From the NCBI RefSeq assembly GCF_000002075.1, contig NW_004797581.1:360685-422394 (forward strand): a DNA stretch of 61,710 nt. Direction: 5' to 3'. Below the pieces are notes generated by a model, which had not been told where the DNA came from, searched no databases, and saw only the letters and a list, made by a program, of their open reading frames with translations. Made by a program: the position numbers and the translations under genes. Below, in pieces: positions 56,681 through 61,710 of the stretch (within the stretch, counting starts at the first letter, position 1; each line of letters begins with the position of its first letter). The stretch is from Aplysia californica. Lineage: Eukaryota.

Positions 56681-59646
56681 CTCTACATTCATTTTCGAAA
56701 AATAAATTGTTTATTAAGTCTAAAAATCTAAATCATCCTTTAAAATTTCATAATGAATAATTACCAACTTTTAAACCAACAAATATTTTATTCATTTTTA
56801 ATTCGAAAATTAAATCCTAGTGACTCCGTGTGAATCATTTCCTTGACACCGAACCCAAACACAAATGGCTGATAACTAAGTCGAAATGGCAGTTCTATGG
56901 AAATCTAGTCACTTTTTTTACTGTCTCAAGCGGTGATGAAAGGATACAACTAATTTCATTAAGATTAATTTGCAACGTGCATTTGGTAAGTAGTATTTTT
57001 TCATGTGTCATTTGAAGAATCATGCTGGTGTGTGTGTTGTGTGGTGAGATGAGTGTAAGTCTTGCACTTAGATCTATATGAATATGAGTCTTGAATCTTG
57101 AGTATGGTCGTCGTGTTAATGATGTTTGTGTGCGTAGGCCTATAATAGTAAAGAACCTCACTAATCAGTGCTGAAAGAAGCATGCTGTACCGTTGTCATG
57201 TGTGTCAGATACTGCCCTAAGAAATAACGGTTCAGTAAAGTACTTCAAGTCTAAAATATAATTTTCAAAGGCAGTTAAGGCTAAGGCATATTTAAAGACT
57301 ATAGTTTGTCTTTCAAGATTTAAACTAGATCTATATCTAGATCTAGCTACCGGCTCTGGGCTTTTTCTTTGTACATGGTACAGAAGATCAATGTGATTGT
57401 TGAGGTAAAGTGGTACAAAGTCCAGTAAACCAGATTAGATGGCTGGCAAACAGTGTTTGTTTTTATTGTGTACCTTTAAATTCCTTTTTGTAGGACTGTA
57501 AAAATGACGCAATTTTCATGGGACCTAAACTTTAGAGGCTAAACCTCTGTAGGCATATAGGGGCCTACACGAGCCTACGGCATTTGTGATCCAGGTCCAG
57601 CGGGTGAATTTGAATTGAAGTCTGCATGCACTTTTAAATAGATCGAGTCTTGCAAGCCTTGACAATTTGAACTAGCTTTTCCCTGCTTGTCAACCATTTT
57701 CAATGTTAAAAAACACTTTTTGTGGTTTTTCTTTTTGTTATCTTATATATTTATAAACATTTGCTATAGTGTGGTCAAAAATTTGAGGCGTAACTTATTG
57801 TCGAATATCTCCTTGACTATTGAACATTATATCAGATTCTTCAACGTTTACACAATAACTTATATCAATTTTGTCTTTTTTTCAAACACTTGTATATTGA
57901 TTTTTAGAAAATTCCTCGGCCTAATAATAAAAAATCCAAGTCGATGGTTTCTACAGCTTTGAACAAGTTTACGGCTCGGGTAATATCGCTTTTAAAAGCA
58001 AGTCTGTCTTTGTTTTCTAATCACTATTAATTAATGCTTATTGAACTCATCTTTTGAGAACCTTTAGTGCAAAAAATGTGTTCACAATAAAAGTAATTTC
58101 TTGTTACAAGTTTTGCCTCTAAAAAAGTGTCATTGGTGAGCTGTGACGAGGCCATATGTGTATACAAAATGTACGCAAGAAGCGGGAAGTGCTGTGAACA
58201 ATCCTATTTTCCGCGTGATAGAGATTTATAGTATTTTGTATAAATTTATGAAGAAAAGTTTTTTAATCTAGCCTCAATTGTTGTGGGAAAATATTATTAA
58301 ATTAAGACAAATTGATACAAACTTCCGTGCAAAGCATGAGTGAGGGTGATTTACCTATTTAAGAGATATTTGGGGATAAGTTGCGTCACGAAATTTTGAC
58401 CGCACTTACATAATATTATACCCAGAGGTTATGGTTTTGATGTTTCACTACATCTTGCAATAAGATTTGCATTGGGTTGTTTCAGCTTTCCTGCTTGCGT
58501 TGAATTCATATGCAGTTTTGTTTTGTTTGTTTGTTTGTTTTTTTGTGGTACATTTTACTAGTCCTGTTCGTGGTTTAATTGAGTATGCTTCCCACTGGCA
58601 AGGGAAGCCATGAGCATGGACACCCGTATAGTCACATACATATGATACCTTAAGGTACACTGGTTACTGAGAAGTGATGTGAATGTAGTCTGTCACAGAG
58701 CTTTTTATGAAATGGCAGAAGATATCAATTATGCTCTATATATGCAAGACAAATCAAATACTCTGCTGAGAACTGTTGCCCCATGCACAGCCAATGACAA
58801 GTGCTAACCAAGGTGACTTACTGCACAAAAGTTCCCCCTGCTTTACCCTGGATATATGTGATAGTGCCTTTCATGGGCTCTGCAACAGTCATTTACAATT
58901 GGCAGGACTTGGTTCCCTCTTCTGCCTTTGAGAAAGCATGTTCTGATTTCTCATAATCTATAGTCCAGGAAGCAGTATTTTGAGGTGTTTTTAAAAAGTT
59001 ATATGTACAAGCATACTTTTTTCTTGGAATCTATAGGCTACTTATTATTTTCAAAATAGAAATGAATATTTTAAAAGCCAAACTATTTAACATCAGTGTT
59101 ATTTTTCTGCCAAGCTCTGGTATGGTCTTGAAAAGAGAGATCTATTACTTACAAAAAATGATAATATATTTATACTGCAAGTACAAACTTGCAACATTCG
59201 TTTCCTTTGGGCTTGTTAGAATAAAAAAAAGAAGAACTTTAGGTGAGTAATGGCCAGCAGTGCAGTACACATCATTGTGCAAGTCCCTGGTCATTTGTGG
59301 CCGGCATGGTCTCATTGAATAAACATGTGGTGCAAGAGAGTTTTCTTCTTATAGTCCACCAGCGTCTGTGGTGTAGTGGTTATAAGGCTCTTAGCTGTCA
59401 CAAGCAGGAATTCCAAGAGAGGATAATTTTTTATCAAGTATCTCAGTCTTTCTTCTGAGATGCTGTATCCCTCTCAGCCCGGGTTGGCCCTGACATGCAG
59501 GGTCAGAAGTCTGCCTCGTAAATACTCTAGATTGTGTGGAGGGTGGGGGTAAAAACACATGCATTAACAAAAAAGAAAAATTCTTATAGTCACTTATTTT
59601 CTGGCGTTTATAAGTCATTTGCAATAGAAAATCTGCAGTCTTGTGC

Positions 59647-60297
59647 TGTCTATATGTGTGGGTGTGTGCGTGTGTGTGGGCTCTTTTTGAGTGTGTGTAT
59701 GTGTGTGTAGTATGCTGCATATTTTCATTGTACAATCGTGAGAAACTGAATTGGAATTGCATGGGAAAAGCATTTTTCTTGGTGAATGACATGATTTCAG
59801 AAGAAGGAAGCCCAGATGCCAAAGTTGCGATATGATGTGTGTGGCAGAGCTTTTGAGTTATTAGTTTAGCAAGCAAATTAAATAGTATAATGACCTAATG
59901 CTAGAGACTGCTAGGTTTAGTGTTTTGTGGTTTTGTTGCCTGTCTCTGGGATAAAGAATNNNNNNNNNNNNNNNNNNNNNNNNNNNNNNNNNNNNNNNNN
60001 NNNNNNNNNNNNNNNNNNNNNNNNNNNNNNNNNNNNNNNNNNNNNNNNNNNNNNNNNNNNNNNNNNNNNNNNNNNNNNNNNNNNNNNNNNNNCACATCAA
60101 TATGTAGGCCTATAGATGGGTGTCCGTGTTTGTGTGTGTGTACAAGTGTGTATTTGTGCATGTCTGTATGTGTGGGTGTGTGTGGGCTCTTTTTGAGTGT
60201 GTGTGTGTGTGTGTGTGTAGTATGCTGCATATTTTCATTGTACAATCGTGAGGAACTGAATTGGAATTGCATGGGAAAAGCATTTTTCTTGGTGAAT
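59647..60297 (+). repeat. ~140-bp direct repeat (59647-59787 and 60161-60297) flanking an N-gap
   Basis: Near-identical TG-rich segment ending ...catttttcttggtgaat; flanks diverge. Confidence 0.85.
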
Positions 60298-61710
60298 AAG
60301 TAAACATAGTGTCATTACGACCCAAGTCATGCTTTCATTTTAGAGGCTTTAAGGGATGTCTGTTTGTTTTATATAGTTTACAGATGTAGTTTTTGATTCC
60401 ACATACTCCTAATCTTGATAGAATTCCCGGGCTACTCAGTTACTTCACTGACACATTTTTCCATACCCCATGACATGTATTGCGTTTTGATCCTTCAGCA
60501 CTTTAAAAAGAATTTTTTATGTTTTTCAACCTTACACTCATTGTTCTTTATTAAATTCACCTCATAAACCCTTTCTTGTTGAACAAGATCAAACACAATG
60601 GATGTAAGTTTTGGTGTAGCCGTGTCACATTTTAAATTTGTTATCATAGAATGAAGAATACAGGAAAGATTATAATGACGAGATCGAGAAAAGAAGAAAC
60701 TTAACATGCTTTTGTCTCACTGAGCGTTTACCTTTAATGTGATTACCCAAGCGTGAACCCCCTTGTGACGCATTTCTATCAATTCAACAACCATTATAAT
60801 ATGTTCAACTAAGTCGATAATGGAATTCTGCACAATGAGCTTCGTTGTTAAGTATTGAGAAAGGGCTGGGTAATATAATCAATAACACTCGCTGAGTAAG
60901 AATAGAAGGAAAATGCCAGTAGTTTATTGACGTCCGTAGTCCGTAGGGAAATAGCCTACGTTTTTTCAATTACATACAAAACAGCCAATACAAAGTCACG
61001 AACTGAAACGGCCGCACGATATAGCTGGTGGCAGCAAAGGTGCACAGCCTTGGAGCTGTGGTTACAGCTCTCTCTGATCTTGCTCGAGAAAACATCTCAG
61101 TCACCACCCACCCATAATAGCTGTGTCATCGACATTTTTTCCAATAGTAATTTTGAGCCTGAGGTCACCAATAGGGAGAAATAACAAAATATATGAATCT
61201 TTACCTAGCTAATGAAGAAAGAGAAGAAGACATATATATCTACATTCCAATATAATAATATGTGGACTAGGCCTATATTGTTATGTCGGAAACATTGATC
61301 TTTATTGTTTGCTGGGGAGAGATGAAGAAAGTGGACTTTAGGTGAAAAAGCTAACAAACACACAGAGACAAACAAACAAATAAACAACATAAATGATTAC
61401 ATGTATGAATGCAGAGCAAGGATAGAGAAGGTGAACCATTAGTGAGAAACGAAGAACGAATCACTGCTATTTTCCTTAGTAAAAATTTTCAACAGTAAGA
61501 CCTAGATCTAGGTAAAAAAGGAAAATAGCTATCAATTCTGCATACATGTTGGGCGCTGGGTGAGATGGTGGCGAGGAAAAACTTGGTGAGAAAGGAAGAA
61601 AGCATCAATACTGCATGCCCGGTTTTACGTTCCAGGGGTACATGTATAACACTATTGATTTCCCTGGTGGGACCTCGATCCGTCTCCACACTCTCTTCTA
61701 CCACGACCCC

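Overview
Eukaryotic (invertebrate animal, probably a mollusc; this is an inference from the repeat types) AT-rich scaffold with five N-gaps. It contains two intron-rich genes arranged tail-to-tail. (1) The 3' part of an axonemal inner-arm dynein heavy chain of the DNAH1 type on + (32 coding exons, 528..39951, about 1,866 aa from the end of AAA3 through AAA4, stalk/MTBD, AAA5 and AAA6 to the C-terminus). All splice phases reconcile into one open frame, and one intron is GC-AG. (2) A complete signal-peptide-bearing typical 2-Cys peroxiredoxin, PRDX4, on - (6 exons, 56634..44302, 252 aa, ending -KNSEL). The introns are dense in non-autonomous mobile elements: four Helitrons (one chimeric, one interrupted by a TTAA-targeted element), Sola-like, pogo-like, piggyBac-like and 8-bp-TSD MITEs, Deu/Nin- and CORE-type SINEs, a clean 5'-truncated LINE and decayed RTE LINEs. 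I found no convincing new multi-gene system. The most interesting observations are the Helitron end-swapping and nesting, the inverted Helitron copies bracketing a block of phase-0 stalk exons, splice-site oddities in DNAH1, an intronic copy of a DNAH1 exon fragment, and a KDEL-like C-terminus on PRDX4.
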